Shown: piece after piece, positions 12,785 through 25,504 of the stretch
Layout: each line of letters opens with the position of its first letter
How positions within the stretch are numbered: the stretch's first letter is position 1
Assembly (NCBI RefSeq): GCF_006345805.1
Contig: NC_043006.1
Span: forward strand, 75,454,001-75,518,000
DNA from: Octopus sinensis
Taxonomy: Eukaryota
DNA: 64,000 nucleotides
Reading direction: 5' to 3'
Notes under the pieces: model-generated
The model's database searches: none
What the model was told of the DNA's origin: nothing
The model's input: the letters and a program-made list of their open reading frames with translations, nothing else
Made by a program: the position numbers and the translations under genes

Positions 12785-13120
12785 GAGACCCCCTTTCTGT
12801 CATGACTGACCATGGGATTGCACCTAGGAAGTTACCCACCCAGGTACAAGTCCAGGCAAGGTTGTTTATGGAAGACCAGCAGTCGCCCATGCATACCAGC
12901 CTCCCCTCTCCACGCCACCAGTGTTAGCCAAGGGAAAGACAAAGGCCGATACAGCTTGGCACCAGTGACGTCGCAACACATTTCTTCAGCTGAGTGAACT
13001 GGAGCAATGTGAAATAAAGTATCTTGCTCAAGAACACAACACGCAGCCTGGTCCAGGATTCGAACTCACAATCTCATGATCGTAAGCTTGATGCTCTAAC
13101 CACTGAGCCATGCACCTTCA
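12785..13120 (-). mobile_element. tRNA-headed SINE family C
   Basis: Reverse complement of 20026-20361 and 37644-37988. Confidence 0.85.
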
Positions 13121-13130
13121 TAAATGATCA

Positions 13131-13518
13131 TCTTTATATATAAAAGTGAAGTTGTGTGTCTGTCTCCTACGATTTAGATTCCTAACTACTCCCACATTTT
13201 GCGGTGCAGTTTAACCAAAACCGGGTATCTTATAGTCGTGATTCATATCGAGCCCTTCTGGGTATTAGCATGCGTCTACGATGAGTCTACGATATAAAAA
13301 AAAATTTGCCATCATTTTTTTCCATTTTAGTGCATTTTTTCGCTATTATACAAGGGAAGTAACTCTCTAAAAATGTCTACGATGAGTCAACGATAAAAAA
13401 AAAAATTTACCATAATTTTTTTTTCCATTTTTTGGCTATTTTTTGGCTATATCTCTCTAAAAATGCTTATATAGTTATTTCCCTTACAAACCCGAGCAAC
13501 GCCGAACGATACTGCTAG
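13131..13518 (+). mobile_element. Non-autonomous Helitron
   Basis: A|TCTTTATATATAAAAG 5' end, GC hairpin remnant and CTAG|T 3' end, no TSD; similar to 48135-48524; empty site at 20015/20016. Confidence 0.93.
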
Positions 13519-14713
13519 TATATATATATATGTCTGTTGGTATTTATGTCTGTCTCCAAATGCTTCTCAGTATATCTCTTTATTTGTGTCTCTCTCTATG
13601 AGCGTTTATGTCTTCCTTCCTGTTTGCCTGCCGTTACGTATGACTGTTTGTCAATACATCTGTCTTAGTATTTACATCAGTCTCTCTCACTCACTCACTC
13701 ACTCAAACAATCAATCAATACACACATACATCTATTCATCCATCCATGTATCCATCCATCCATCTTTGTATGTGTGTGTGTGATATTTCTATCTGTCCAC
13801 CTGCTTGTCTGCCAACCTGCCTCCCTGCTTGCCTTCCCCCATCTCTCTGTATCCAGAATTTGTCTTTCTGTCTCTGTCTCTCCGAAATCACTACTAAAAT
13901 ATAGATTTCTCTCCTGGCTCTACATAAAAGCCAATGTTACAGAAAATCGTTTGGAATCATTGAATGTTTGTAATTTGTAACAGTTATCATCATAAGAGAC
14001 AGATATTTTTTATCCCCTTTCTCACCCCCTTTTTTTTGCTTGGTTATGTGGTTAAGAAGATCACTTTGTGACTACATGGTTTTAGATTCAGTCCCACTAC
14101 CCAGTACCTTGAGCGAGTGTCTTCTGCTATAGTCTCAAGCTGACTAAAGCCTTCTGAGTGAACTTGTCTACAGAAACTGTGTGGAAGCCTGTTATGTGTG
14201 TGTATATATGTATGCATCTATGTATGCACACATGTGTATGTATATACATACATACATACATACATATATATATATATGTATATAATGTATTTTTGTACAT
14301 ATATGTATGTATGTATATATATATATATATATATTTATGTGTATGTATACACACACACTTATATTGTATTTTAGCACTTATAAGGAAGCCCCTACTTTTA
14401 GGGGCTTAAAATTTGGAAAAAGGTTTTGTAGGGGATTATAATACTATTCATGTATAAGAAACTCCCACATTTTTTTAGCCTAATTTTTGACAAAAAATGG
14501 TTCTTTATACACGTTAAAATATGGTATATATATATATATATATAAGAGATCAAAACCAACTGAAATTGCAAAGATAATCTGGAACTCAACTGAGGAAAGA
14601 AAACTCCGAATGACCCGTCCTTGTTTTCTTTGTATTGTCTCTCTGGATGTTTTGTTGTCCTCTTTTTTCTATCACCTAACTGTCTGGATGTTTTGCATTC
14701 TTATCCCATTTTG

Positions 14714-14772
<59 letters not shown>

Positions 14773-14883
14773 ATATATGTATATGATCGTTGCCAAAGCA
14801 GCTAACTGGCTTCCGTGCTGGTAGTACATATAAAGCACCATTCGAGCATCATGATTGTTACCTGCGTCACCTTACTGGCACTT

Positions 14884-17800
14884 GAACAAAACATTCAAGC
14901 AAGGTCATTGCCAGTGCCGCTGGACTGGCTCCTGTGCAGGTGACACTTAAAAAACATCATTTGAGCGTGGCTGTTGCCAGTACCACCTGACTGGTCACCT
15001 GAAAAAACATTCAAGCAAGGTCATTGCCAGTGCTGCTGGACTGGCTCCTGTGCAGGTGACACTTAAAAAACACCATTTGAGCGTGGCTGTTGCCAGTACC
15101 ACCTGACTGGTCACCTGAAAAAACATTCAAGCAAGGTCATTGCCAGTGCTGCTGGACTGGCTCCTGTGCAGGTGACACTTAAAAAACACCATTTGAGCGT
15201 GGCTGTTGCCAGTACCACCTGACTGGTCACCTGAAAAAACATTCAAGCAAGGTCATTGCCAGTGCTGCTGGACTGGCTCCTGTGCAGGTGACACTTAAAA
15301 AACACCATTTGAGCGTGGCTGTTGCCAGTACCACCTGACTGGTCACCTGAAAAAACATTCAAGCAAGGTCATTGCCAGTGCTGCTGGACTGGCTCCTGTG
15401 CAGGTGACACTTAAAAAACACCATTTGAGCGTGGCTGTTGCCAGTACCACCTGACTGGTCACCTGAAAAAACATTCAAGCAAGGTCATTGCCAGTGCTGC
15501 TGGACTGGCTCCTGTGCAGGTGACACTTAAAAAACACCATTTGAGCGTGGCTGTTGCCAGTACCACCTGACTGGTCACCTGAAAAAACATTCAAGCAAGG
15601 TCATTGCCAGTGCTGCTGGACTGGCTCCTGTGCAGGTGACACTTAAAAAACACCATTTGAGCGTGGCTGTTGCCAGTACCACCTGACTGGTCACCTGAAA
15701 AAACATTCAAGCAAGGTCATTGCCAGTGCTGCTGGACTGGCTCCTGTGCAGGTGACACTTAAAAAACACCATTTGAGCGTGGCTGTTGCCAGTACCACCT
15801 GACTGGTCACCTGAAAAAACATTCAAGCAAGGTCATTGCCAGTGCTGCTGGACTGGCTCCTGTGCAGGTGACACTTAAAAAACACCATTTGAGCGTGGCT
15901 GTTGCCAGTACCACCTGACTGGTCACCTGAAAAAACATTCAAGCAAGGTCATTGCCAGTGCTGCTGGACTGGCTCCTGTGCAGGTGACACTTAAAAAACA
16001 CCATTTGAGCGTGGCTGTTGCCAGTACCACCTGACTGGTCACATGAAAAAACATTCAAGCAAGGTCATTGCCAGTGCTGCTGGACTGGCTCCTGTGCAGG
16101 TGACACTTAAAAAACACCATTTGAGCGTGGCTGTTGCCAGTACCACCTGACTGGTCACATGAAAAAACATTCAAGCAAGGTCATTGCCAGTGCTGCTGGA
16201 CTGGCTCCTGTGCAGGTGACACTTAAAAAACACCATTTGAGCGTGGCTGTTGCCAGTACCACCTGACTGGTCACCTGAAAAAAATTCAAGCAAGGTCATT
16301 GCCAGTGCTGCTGGACTGGCTCCTGTGCAGGTGACACTTAAAAAACACCATTTGAGCGTGGCTGTTGCCAGTACCACCTGACTGGTCACCTGAAAAAACA
16401 TTCAAGCAAGGTCATTGCCAGTGCTGCTGGACTGGCTCCTGTGCAGGTGACACTTAAAAAACACCATTTGAGCGTGGCTGTTGCCAGTACCACCTGACTG
16501 GTCACTGAAAAAACATTCAAGCAAGGTCATTGCCAGTGCTGCTGGACTGGCTCCTGTGCAGGTGACACTTAAAAAACACCATTTGAGCGTGGCTGTTGCC
16601 AGTACCACCTGACTGGTCACATGAAAAAACATTCAAGCAAGGTCATTGCCAGTGCTGCTGGACTGGCTCCTGTGCAGGTGACACTTAAAAAACACCATTT
16701 GAGCGTGGCTGTTGCCAGTACCACCTGACTGGTCACATGAAAAAACATTCAAGCAAGGTCATTGCCAGTGCTGCTGGACTGGCTCCTGTGCAGGTGACAC
16801 TTAAAAAACACCATTTGAGCGTGGCTGTTGCCAGTACCACCTGACTGGTCACATGAAAAAACATTCAAGCAAGGTCATTGCCAGTGCTGCTGGACTGGCT
16901 CCTGTGCAGGTGACACTTAAAAAACACCATTTGAGCGTGGCTGTTGCCAGTACCACCTGACTGGTCACCTGAAAAAACATTCAAGCAAGGTCATTGCCAG
17001 TGCTGCTGGACTGGCTCCTGTGCAGGTGACACTTAAAAAACCCATTTGAGCGTGGCTGTTGCCAGTACCACCTGACTGGTCACCTGAAAAAACATTCAAG
17101 CAAGGTCATTGCCAGTGCTGCTGGACTGGCTCCTGTGCAGGTGACACTTAAAAAACACCATTTGAGCGTGGCTGTTGCCAGTACCACTTGACTGGTCACA
17201 TGAAAAAACATTCAAGCAAGGTCATTGCCAGTGCTGCTGGACTGGCTCCTGTGCAGGTGACACTTAAAAAACACCATTTGAGCGTGGCTGTTGCCAGTAC
17301 CACCTGACTGGTCACCTGAAAAAACATTCAAGCAAGGTCATTGCCAGTGCTGCTGGACTGGCTCCTGTGCAGGTGACACTTAAAAAACACCATTTGAGCG
17401 TGGCTGTTGCCAGTACCACCTGACTGGTCACATGAAAAAACATTCAAGCAAGGTCATTGCCAGTGCTGCTGGACTGGCTCCTGTGCAGGTGACACTTAAA
17501 AAACACCATTTGAGCGTGGCTGTTGCCAGTACCACCTGACTGGTCACATGAAAAAACATTCAAGCAAGGTCATTGCCAGTGCTGCTGGACTGGCTCCTGT
17601 GCAGGTGACACTTAAAAAACACCATTTGAGCGTGGCTGTTGCCAGTACCACCTGACTGGTCACATGAAAAAACATTCAAGCAAGGTCATTGCCAGTGCTG
17701 CTGGACTGGCTCCTGTGCAGGTGACACTTAAAAACAACCATTTGAGCGTGGCTGTTGCCAGTACCACCTGACTGGTCACCTGAAAAAACATTCAAGCAAG

Positions 17801-18471
17801 GTCATTGCCAGTGCTGCTGGACTGGCTCCTGTGCAGGTGACACTTAAAAAACACCATTTGAGCGTGGCTGTTGCCAGTACCACCTGACTGGTCACATGAA
17901 AAAACATTCAAGCAAGGTCATTGCCAGTGCTGCTGGACTGGCTCCTGTGCAGGTGACACTTAAAAAACACCATTTGAGCGTGGCTGTTGCCAGTACCACC
18001 TGACTGGTCACCTGAAAAAACATTCAAGCAAGGTCATTGCCAGTGCTGCTGGACTGGCTCCTGTGCAGGTGACACTTAAAAAACACCATTTGAGCGTGGC
18101 TGTTGCCAGTACCACCTGACTGGTCACATGAAAAAACATTCAAGCAAGGTCATTGCCAGTGCTGCTGGACTGGCTCCTGTGCAGGTGACACTTAAAAAAC
18201 ACCATTTGAGCGTGGCTGTTGCCAGTACCACCTGACTGGTCACATGAAAAAACATTCAAGCAAGGTCATTGCCAGTGCTGCTGGACTGGCTCCTGTGCAG
18301 GTGACACTTAAAAAACACCATTTGAGCGTGGCTGTTGCCAGTACCACCTGACTGGTCACCTGAAAAAACATTCAAGCAAGGTCATTGCCAGTGCTGCTGG
18401 ACTGGCTCCTGTGCAGGTGACACTTAAAAAACACCATTTGAGCGTGGCTGTTGCCAGTACCACCTGACTGG
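14884..18471. repeat. 116-bp tandem satellite, about 31 near-identical copies, dimeric (64+52 bp subunits)
   Basis: Period 116 measured directly (gaaaaaacattc at 15001, 15117, ...); both halves contain aaaaaca..ttgccagt..gactgg. Confidence 0.98.
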
Positions 18472-18938
18472 CAATGACCTTGCTTCAATGTTTTTTCATG
18501 TGACCAGTGCCGCTGGACTGGCTCCTGTGCTGGTGACCCGTAAAAAACACCATTTGAGTGTGGATGTTAAACGATGATGATAATACTGATGCTGATGATA
18601 TACACACACACACATATATATTTGTGTTTTTGTATATTTGTCTCCCTTTACCACTATTGTACGACTGATTTGGTTTGTTTACATTCCCATAACTTAATGG
18701 TTCAGTAAATGAGACTGCTAAATAAGTACCAGATATAAAACACCTGATCCATATAACACACCCCACCTCACCACTCCCACTGTACCTAGTTTTTTCTTCC
18801 CCTAACAATGGATTGCAAGAGTCCCTACCTATCATGCATTTATCTTTTTTTGTTTTTCTCTGCAACTCTCTTAGTTGCTTCAGTATTTCTTCCCTCATGG
18901 ATGTTTGTGGCTAACATTTCTCTTCTTTCTTTTACCAG

Positions 18939-19053
18939 GTCTGACTCTGTTGATTCCATACTTGATTTCCCTGGAATCTAACTGGAATAAAAACAAGTTA
19001 CGGGTATTTACTGCTGGGACCAAGAAGGGAGAACTGGATCGTGAACAGCGACA
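18939..19053 (+). CDS. SLC12A2: SLC12 NKCC-like exon 2 of 6
   Basis: tttaccag|GT CTG... gives (G)LTLLIPYLISLESNWNKNKLRVFTAGTKKGELDREQR(Q); donor CA|gtaagt; phases 1 to 2 match the neighbouring exons. Confidence 0.96.
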
Positions 19054-19149
19054 GTAAGTCAACAGCCTAAAACTTTCCAGTATATTCTATTTACTTTCTG
19101 CATGTGTCTTAAAACGTTTTTGAGGAAATTACAAGGGACCGGGAGTTAT

Positions 19150-19655
19150 AGTGATTTAATTTTATTTAATTTTATTTTATTGGCTCAAAAGGCGAAAGCA
19201 GGGAGTTATGTACAGGGAGGATGGTCATACAAAGAGTTCAGGCCATTTCCGGTCAAGAGAGATTTTGAACCGAGCAGTCATTGGCATCTTCACTATCTCA
19301 TCTGGCAGCTTATTCCACGGATCCTCAACCCGGACGGAGAAAGCCCCTCTCCTTCGATTGAGATGAAATCGTCATAGATAGAGCTTTTCGGAGTGACCCC
19401 ACTGCCCACGCTCTGGAGCAGGAGTGAAGAACAGCTCTTTCAAGAGGTTACACTTTCCGCTTATGATGTTGTGAGCAAGAATGACATCAGCACGGCATCG
19501 TTGTTTTTCGAGAGAATAAAGGTCGAGCGTCTTCAGCCTTTCTTCATAAGACAAATGCTTGAGACCAAGAACCATGTGGGTAGCCAGCTTCTGGACTCTT
19601 TCGAGATTTGATGTACTTGAGAAGACGCATCAAGCTGAGTAAAATTGCCGTCATC
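19150..19655 (-). mobile_element. CR1-type LINE, 5'-truncated ORF2 C-terminus
   Basis: LERVQKLATHMVLGLKHLSYEERLKTLDLYSLEK...GHSEKLYL then FSVRVEDPWNKLP...FKISLD; AT-rich tail near 19155-19180. Confidence 0.85.
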
Positions 19656-19897
19656 CGTACATGCAGGTGTCAGTGCCACATAAAATACACTTGTGCTGGT
19701 GGCTTGTAGAAAACACCTAGTACACTCTGTAAAGTGGTTGGTGTTAGGAAGGGCATCCAGCTGTAGAAACCATGCCACAACAGACAATTGGAGTCTGCAC
19801 ATTTAAATTCTTCATTATTTTCTATAACAAAAATGATGGCACATGGCCTAGTGGTTAGATGCACTCATAATAATAAGATTATGGTTTCAATTCCTGG

Positions 19898-20413
19898 ACG
19901 TAACGGCAGGCAAACAGGAAGGAAGACATAAACGCTCATAGAGAGAGACAAAAAGAGATATACTGAGAAGCATTTGGAGACAGACATAAATACCAACAGG
20001 CATATATATATATAATGATTATTTATGAAGGTGCATGGCTCAGTGGTTAGAGCATCAAGCTTACGATCATGAGATTGTGAATTTGAATCCCGGACCAGGC
20101 TGCGTGTTGAGATCTTGAGCAAGATACTTTATTTCACATTGTTCCAGTTCACTCATCTGTAGAAAGGAATTGCAACGTCACTTGTGCCAAGCTGTATCAG
20201 CCCTTACCTTTCTCTTGGATAACATCGGTGGTGTGGAGAGGGGAGGCCGGTATGCATGGGCGACTGCTGGTCTTCCATAAAAAACCTTGCCTGGACTTGT
20301 ACCTGGGTAGGTAACTTCCTAGGTACAATCTCATGGTCAGTCATGACACAAAGGGGGTCTCTGCAATCATCATTTAATGTCCACCTTCCACGCTGGCATG
20401 GTTTGGACTTCAT
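19898..20413 (-). repeat. Recipient copy of inverted duplication, interrupting an older SINE
   Basis: Reverse complement of 12733-13639 without the Helitron. Flanks ttcaattcctgga| and |tgtttttggacaaaacacttc are the two halves of the SINE seen intact at about 20540-20640. Confidence 0.88.
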
Positions 20414-20861
20414 TATTATGTTTTTGGACAAAACACTTCATTCCATGTTGCTTCAATCCACTGAGTTGTAAATGAGTTCTAGCAGATGCTGCGAAGTTGA
20501 TTCTGTGATGAACTAGTGACCACTAGATTAGTATGTTTCACTCATGATTATAAGGTCATAGTTTCAATTCCTGGATGGTGTTTTGTGTTCTTGGACAAAA
20601 CACTTCATTTCATGTTGCTTCAATCCACTCAAATATAAATGAGGTCTAGTAGTAGTCGTTGGAAAGTTGAGCTTGCGATGGACCAGTTCCATGTTTAGCA
20701 GTGTCAAGGGTATTGTAATGTCAGTGACTTGTATGCTGTGGAAACCTGGCTAAGCTCTGGCCTTATGAGTCTTGGGGCTTATGACAGACCCCTGTCTTTT
20801 ATCTTTCACTTGTTTTAGTCATTTGACTGTGGCCATTCAGGAGCACTGCTTTGAAGAATTA

Positions 20862-21068
20862 CTCTCTTTTACTTGTTTCAGTCATGTGACTGTGGCCATG
20901 CTGGAGCACCGCCTTTAGTTGAGCAAATCGAGCCCAGGACTTATTCTTTGTAAGCCTAGTACCTATTCTATCAGTCTCTTTTGCCGAACTGCTAAGTTAC
21001 AGGGACGTACACACACCAGCATCGGTTGTCAAACGATGTTGGGGGGACAAACACAGACACACACACAG

Positions 21069-21099
<31 letters not shown>

Positions 21100-21208
21100 C
21101 ATATATACGACGGGTTTCTTTCAGTTTCCGTCTACCAAATCCACTCACAAGGCTTTGGTCAGCCCGAGGCGTAAGCAAGCTACTTACCACACAGCCCACT
21201 CCTGCGCT
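20862..21208 (-). mobile_element. SINE family A (internally deleted)
   Basis: Family A body and head. Confidence 0.8.
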
Positions 21209-21825
21209 TATAATTTGTTAGTCGAATGAATCGACCCCAGTACTTGTTTTATTTTTCTAAGCCTCATACTCATTTTATTGGTTTCTTGCTGAACTGCCAA
21301 GTTACGAGGATATAAACACACCAACACAAGTTGTCAAGTGGTGGTAGGGGACAGACAGACACACATATGTGCATGCTCATGCACACGCACACACATGACC
21401 ATGTGATCACTTGGCTGACCAGACTATCAGGTGTTGTTACACATCGCTGGTCACAATGTGCTTTGCATCATTTTAGTCTTGAATGATGCCATCCTGCTGG
21501 TTAGGTGAGCAAGCCAACATTCACCAATGATTCGGAAGGAGCAATGTAAAATGAAGTGTTTTGTTCAAGAACACAATGCACTGCAAGACCTGAGAATCGA
21601 ACCTGTGATCTACCAATTGTAAGTGCAACAGTCTAACCATTAGGCCATGTATCTTCACTATATATGTGTGTGTGTGTGTGTGTGTCTGTGTGTGATGGGC
21701 TTCTTTCAGTTTCCATCTGTCAGGTCCACTCACAAGGCTTTGGTTGGCCTTAGGCTATAGAAGACAATTGCTCAAGATGCTGCATAATGGAACTGAAAAT
21801 GGAACCATGTGATCAGGAAGCACAT

Positions 21826-22050
21826 TTCTTATTTCTTTATTGCCCACAAGGGGCTAAACATAGAGGGGACAAACAAGGACAGAAAAAGGGACTGAGTTGA
21901 TTACATCGACTCCAGTGTGTGACTGCTACTTAATTTATTGACTCCAAAAGGATGAAAGGCAAAGTTGACCTCAGCGGAATTTGAACTCAGAACGTAACGA
22001 CAGACCGCTAAGTATTTCGACTAGCATGCTAACATTTCTGCTAGCTCGCC
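21826..22050 (-). mobile_element. tRNA-headed SINE family B
   Basis: Head ggcgagctagcagaa...gagttcaaattccgc, central gactttgcctttcatcc...aagtacc domain, caataaagaaataag tail. Confidence 0.8.
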
Positions 22051-22283
22051 TCAGGAAGCACGTTTCTTACCACCCAGACTCTCCTGCACCTACATGGTAA
22101 CAAAAGGGTTAAATTTTTTAAGTACTTTTTTTAAAAGCATGAATATCCCAGGATTTGAACTCAGATTGTTAAGAGATGCAACTAAATACCCACATTTCTA
22201 TTTTTTTGTCCATCATTGCACTCATTCTGTTGAATTCAAGTGATTCTTTTATTTCTATTTATTTATTTTTTTTCTCAATTTAG

Positions 22284-22370
22284 ACTTGCAACGTTGCTAA
22301 GCAAATTCCGTATAGAATGCAAAGATATGACTGTGATTCCAGATGTTGGCAAAATTCCCCGGAGAGAGAA
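22284..22370 (+). CDS. SLC12A2: SLC12 NKCC-like exon 3 of 6
   Basis: aatttag|A CTT GCA... gives LATLLSKFRIECKDMTVIPDVGKIPRRE(K); donor AA|gtaagt; matches the NKCC ATLLSKFRI motif. Confidence 0.96.
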
Positions 22371-23187
22371 GTAAGTTGGAATTACCATTTGTTTATTTGT
22401 AGACGTTTTCCTTCTGTCGCATTTTGGTAATATTTCCTCTTTTCAGCCAGTCTCAGATGGAATCAGTTATTGATTTATCTGCAAAGTAAAGAGTGTTGGC
22501 AAGGTTCCCTAAATATTTATGTGTATATTGAGGACTCTAATCATGTTGATTTGTAATATTGGCAGACAATGACATTTTTTTTTGTGTGTGTGTGTGTGTT
22601 GTGTGTGTGTGTGTTAGTGGAAGTTATAATTGATTAAACCAGCTTCAGCCTTTAACTGATGCTTTTTATTGATCCAGAAAATAAGTGGCGAAATTGAAGA
22701 GCAAGATTTGAACTCGGGAAGTGAAGGGCCGTAACTACATACCACAAGTCATTTTTGTCTGGTGCTTTGATGAGTCTGCCAATTGGCAGCCCTTAAAATT
22801 TTTTTTTTCTTCTTCCCCCTCCTCATCATCATTATCATCATCATCATCATCATCAACATCCTTTTTCCATTATGGTGTGCATTGGATGGTTCAATATGAA
22901 TAGAATAAAGGGAGCTGTGCCAAGTTATAATGTCTGCTCTGTTATGGTTTTTACAGCTTGATTCCCTTCCTACTGCCAACCACTTCACAAAGTGCAGTGG
23001 GTGCTTTTTGTCATGGTACCAACACTGGTGAGGTCAACAAGTACACACAAGACAAAACACCATCAGCTGAGTAGGTTTAGTATTGAAGGATAAGAAAGTA
23101 TGATAGAAGGACAGCAGCATGTCTCATCGTCATCATCATCATCATCATCATTTAACATCTCTTGTCCATTCTGGCATGGGTTGGGCG

Positions 23188-23577
23188 GTTTCTTATTTCT
23201 TTACTGCCCACAAGGGTGTACACACAGAGGGGAAAAACAAGGACAGACAAACGGATTAAGTTGATTATATCGACCTCAGTGCATAACTGGTACTTATTTA
23301 CTTGACCCCGAAAGGATGAAATGCAAAGTCGACCTCTGCGGAACTTGAACTCAGAATGTAGCGGCATTTCTTTACTATTTCTTTACTACCCACAAGAGGC
23401 TAAACACAGAGAGGACAAACAAGGACAGACAAACGGATTGAATCGATTATATCAACCTCAGTGCATAACTGGTACTTATTTAATCGACCCTGAAAGGATG
23501 AAAGGCAAAGTCGACCTTGGCAGAATTTGAACTCAGAAGGTAGCGGCAAACGAAATATCGCTAAGCATTTCGCCCGG
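23188..23577 (-). mobile_element. SINE family B tandem dimer
   Basis: Two consecutive family B bodies. Confidence 0.8.
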
Positions 23578-24521
23578 CTGATAGCTGGATTTGTCACACA
23601 TGTGGTGATAGCTCATTCATGTTACTCCATAAATTAGTAATACATGAACAACTGATGAATGCATGTAGGACAGTTTCATTATGAATGAATTTGGTTGCTG
23701 AAAGCTCCTCACAGACATGACTGTAGATTTTATGTTGAACAGACAAATCTCCAAGGACACTTAGAAATTGTCCACAATTCCTAAGCTTGAATGTCCTTCA
23801 CAAGAGACTACTGAGACTGTCCTTCTTGATGCACGTAACAACACTCAAGTCATTGTTGTTTATATTCTTCAGTAACCATTCCTAGAATGTGAGAGTTGAC
23901 TTTCTAATGACCACATGGTCCAGCTGGTAGATATAGACAAAAATCTGGTGTTCTATTGGTTATGATGGCAAGGGTTCCAGTTGATCCAACCAGCAGAACA
24001 GTCTGCCCTTGAAATTGATGTGCAAGTGGCTGAGCATTTCACAGACATGTGTACCCTTTTTAGGGAGATTCGGTATGACACAAAATGTGACAAGAGTGGT
24101 CCTTTGAATTATAGATACAACATGTTTTTGCCAGCTGAGTGGACTGGAGTGATGTGGAATAAAGGTGTTTTGCTGAAGGACACAACATAGTACTGGGAAT
24201 CAAACTCATGGCCTAATAATCATGAGCCAAACACTCTAACCACTAAGTGTGCACACAGGCTGGCACTGCTGCAGACATGAAACATGCATCTTTATTATGC
24301 ATCTGATCTAGGATTGCAGCTTGATCACAGATTTCTCGCAGAGATGCAAAGTCACATATGCTTGGGTAGGGCAGTAGCTAATTTACGAACCCCTGTCCTT
24401 GACCTTATTTTATCAAACCTCCTAGAAATGTGAAAAAAAAAAAAAAAAAAGGAAAAGTCAACCTTTAGAGGTCTTGTACTCAGAACATGATCAAGTGTTC
24501 TAGTGTTCTGAATACAAAACG

Positions 24522-24750
24522 GCAAGCTGGCGGAACCGTTAGCACGCCAGGCGAAATGCTTAGCGGTATTTCGTCTGCCTTTACGTTCTGAGTTCAAATC
24601 CAGCCGAGGTCGACTTTGCCTTTCATCCTTTCGGGGTTGATAAATTAAGTACCAGTTACGCACTGAGGTTGATGTAATCGACTTAATCCCTTTGTCTGTC
24701 CTTGTTTGTCGCCCCTGTGTTTAGCCCCCTGTGGGCAATAAAGAAATAAG
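24522..24750 (+). mobile_element. SINE family B, full length
   Basis: cggcaagctggcggaaccgttagc ... gggcaataaagaaataag. Confidence 0.85.
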
Positions 24751-24983
24751 AACATGATCAAATGTAGCTAAGTACTGAAGAATATTCTTGTCCTTTACCT
24801 TACCACCTCTGTCAAAATGAGATTTCTTCTTTAAGTAAAAGACTAATAATTACAAATGGATTAAGTGGTGTGGTGGTGGTGGGGATATAATGTTTCGCTC
24901 TCTTTCCTTATCTTTTAAAAGACCTTGTTGATTGTGGTGGCCACATTATAATAATTGAATCTTTCCATTATTTTCTTATTCAG

Positions 24984-25101
24984 GAGGCAAGAGTTTGACA
25001 GTCTTCTTGAAGGTTTCATTTTGGATGAAGAGAAAGGGGAAACTAAAGAGAAGTATCCATGGAAAACAACTCGTGACCAATTGAAACTTCTTAAAGATAA
25101 G
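24984..25101 (+). CDS. SLC12A2: SLC12 NKCC-like exon 4 of 6
   Basis: ttattcag|G AGG... gives RQEFDSLLEGFILDEEKGETKEKYPWKTTRDQLKLLKDK; donor AAG|gtaggt, phase 0. Confidence 0.94.
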
Positions 25102-25504
25102 GTAGGTTGTTCACCATGCCTTAATACACAAGAAGCATTGTTTAATAAGTGATATGTTAAGAACAACAAAAAAACCCTAAAAAACCAACCCATTTTGAAA
25201 TATAATCCTAACCCTCTTCCTGTCAGGTGTCCCAGATGAACCAACTTCACGGCAGGAGGTGCAGATGAGGGCAGCTGCATCAAACTCTCTCATGCACCAA
25301 ATGTCAATTGCTAAAAAGCATTCGTGAAGTAAAATCATGTAGCAATACCAAATAGCGGTGCCCCAGCATGGCCACAGCTCGTGAGATGAAACTAGATGAA
25401 ATGAAAAAAAAAATTAATAATATCAGGGTAATAAAGATTTTAGAAATTTTTAGTACTAGTGGGCTAGCGTATAGATAAATTAGTCAATAGACTATATATT
25501 ATTC

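Larger units (their letters stand above)
12733..13639. repeat. Donor copy of local inverted duplication (partner 19898-20413)
   Basis: Same junction atgaagtccaa..ggacattaaatgatgattgcagagacccc, SINE C, and unique tgtctgttggtatttatgtc...ccgttacgt as the reverse complement of 19898-20413. Confidence 0.9.
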
